From: Oculatellaceae cyanobacterium bins.114
GTDB lineage: Bacteria > Cyanobacteriota > Cyanobacteriia > Elainellales > Elainellaceae
Direction: 5' to 3'
Length of the DNA: 64,000 bases
NCBI GenBank assembly: GCA_033764315.1
Contig: JANRJA010000160.1
Coordinates: forward strand, 1 to 64,000
In this document: positions 63,291 to 64,000 of the stretch, piece after piece
Layout: every line of letters begins with the position of its first letter
How positions within the stretch are numbered: position 1 is the first letter of the stretch
Translations under genes and position numbers: made by a program
Notes under the pieces: generated by a model
The model's input: the letters and a program-made list of their open reading frames with translations, nothing else
Databases searched by the model: none
Told to the model about the DNA's origin: nothing

Positions 63291-63566
63291 ATGGCAGCTA
63301 ATATTTTAGACTGTCCCAAGTGCAGTAAAAGAGCCTTGGTTGAACGTCGAAACGATCTATATCAGTGTCTTTCGTGTGATTTCAAACGTGATTTGGCTGA
63401 GCCAAAAAACGAAAAACAACCGAGTGGTGATTTTGTTTGGGTTTTGTTACTGGCATTCATCATGATTTTGCTGTTGCAAGGCTTACCCATTCGTGGCATA
63501 TCCTCACCCAATCAACCCTCGTCACCCACACTTGACTCCCTTCCTGAGGTCAACGAACTCCCTTGA
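63291..63566 (+). CDS. Small zinc-ribbon + single-TM protein
   Basis: CPKC...CLSC followed by a hydrophobic helix; GGAG upstream. Confidence 0.75.
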   Translation: MAANILDCPKCSKRALVERRNDLYQCLSCDFKRDLAEPKNEKQPSGDFVWVLLLAFIMILLLQGLPIRGISSPNQPSSPTLDSLPEVNELP

Positions 63567-63633
63567 TCAGTCGTGTGTAGAGCCGATGATGAAAAGGACT
63601 ATAGAATAATGTCTCATCATCGGCAAATTCACT

Positions 63634-64000
63634 ATGGTTCAAGCTCGAAACCCATCTTTTCCAGGAGTTGCATTTGCGATCGCTGCACCACTGCTATATA
63701 GTGCCAGCGTTCCTCTATCAAAAGTCTTTTTGCAGCAGGTTGAGCCGTGGATTTTAGCAGGGCTACTCGACTTGTGTGCTGGGTTAGGGATTGCGGTTGC
63801 GTACTTAATACAACGATTTGTAATTTACAAAGCTCCCCATAACCCCCTTCAGGGGCAGGACTGGCGATGGATCTGGTCAGCCGTTTTGATTGGTGGGTTA
63901 ATGGCTCCTGTCTTACAAATCTATGGCATTGCCTATAGTTCTGCCTCCGTAGCATCGTTAATGCTGAATTTAGAAGGCGTGTTTACAGCATTGATTGCCT
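63634..64000 (+). CDS. DMT/EamA family transporter, 3' end beyond the window
   Basis: Manual translation MVQARNPSFPGVAFAIAAPLLYSASVPLSK...GGLMAPVL...ASVASLMLNLEGVFTALIA; open to window end; absent from the ORF track. Confidence 0.8.
   Translation, partial: MVQARNPSFPGVAFAIAAPLLYSASVPLSKVFLQQVEPWILAGLLDLCAGLGIAVAYLIQRFVIYKAPHNPLQGQDWRWIWSAVLIGGLMAPVLQIYGIAYSSASVASLMLNLEGVFTALIA

Noticed and set aside
63632..63955. 107-aa minus-strand ORF
   Set aside because: Antisense shadow of the truncated DMT transporter on the plus strand.

Overview
This is a 64-kb chromosomal segment from a cyanobacterium. Evidence: very frequent HIP1 octamers (GCGATCGC), kaiABC, psb28, psb32, ndhF/ndhD, cugP and tocopherol cyclase. 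A filamentous Leptolyngbya/Oculatella-like lineage is my inference, not something the sequence shows. Most of the window is conserved core genome: about 60 CDSs, tRNA-Arg(CCT) and a CAT-anticodon tRNA (probably Ile2). I see no transposase, integrase, prophage or CRISPR array. The more unusual signals are: (i) modular miniature repeat elements, including a 150-bp MITE with a perfect 9-bp target duplication nested inside another element, whose covarying hairpin cassette also occurs inside a different terminal-repeat shell; (ii) two small ORFs missed by the ORF track (44 aa coupled to aroQ; 33-aa single-TM between a lapA-like gene and scpA); (iii) a hybrid kinase with degenerate receivers divergent from kaiA; (iv) a hybrid kinase with an ethylene-receptor-type sensor domain, an in-frame palindromic insertion, and zero gap to tRNA-Arg; (v) a beta-helix/6xSLH/amidase fusion; (vi) psb32 and tocopherol cyclase joined in frame by a single stop codon; (vii) an orphan H-x-E 2-oxoglutarate dioxygenase; (viii) repeated 12-17 bp tandem duplications in intergenic DNA. 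No new multi-gene system is demonstrated; these are candidates. All family assignments come from recognising motifs by eye, not from database searches.
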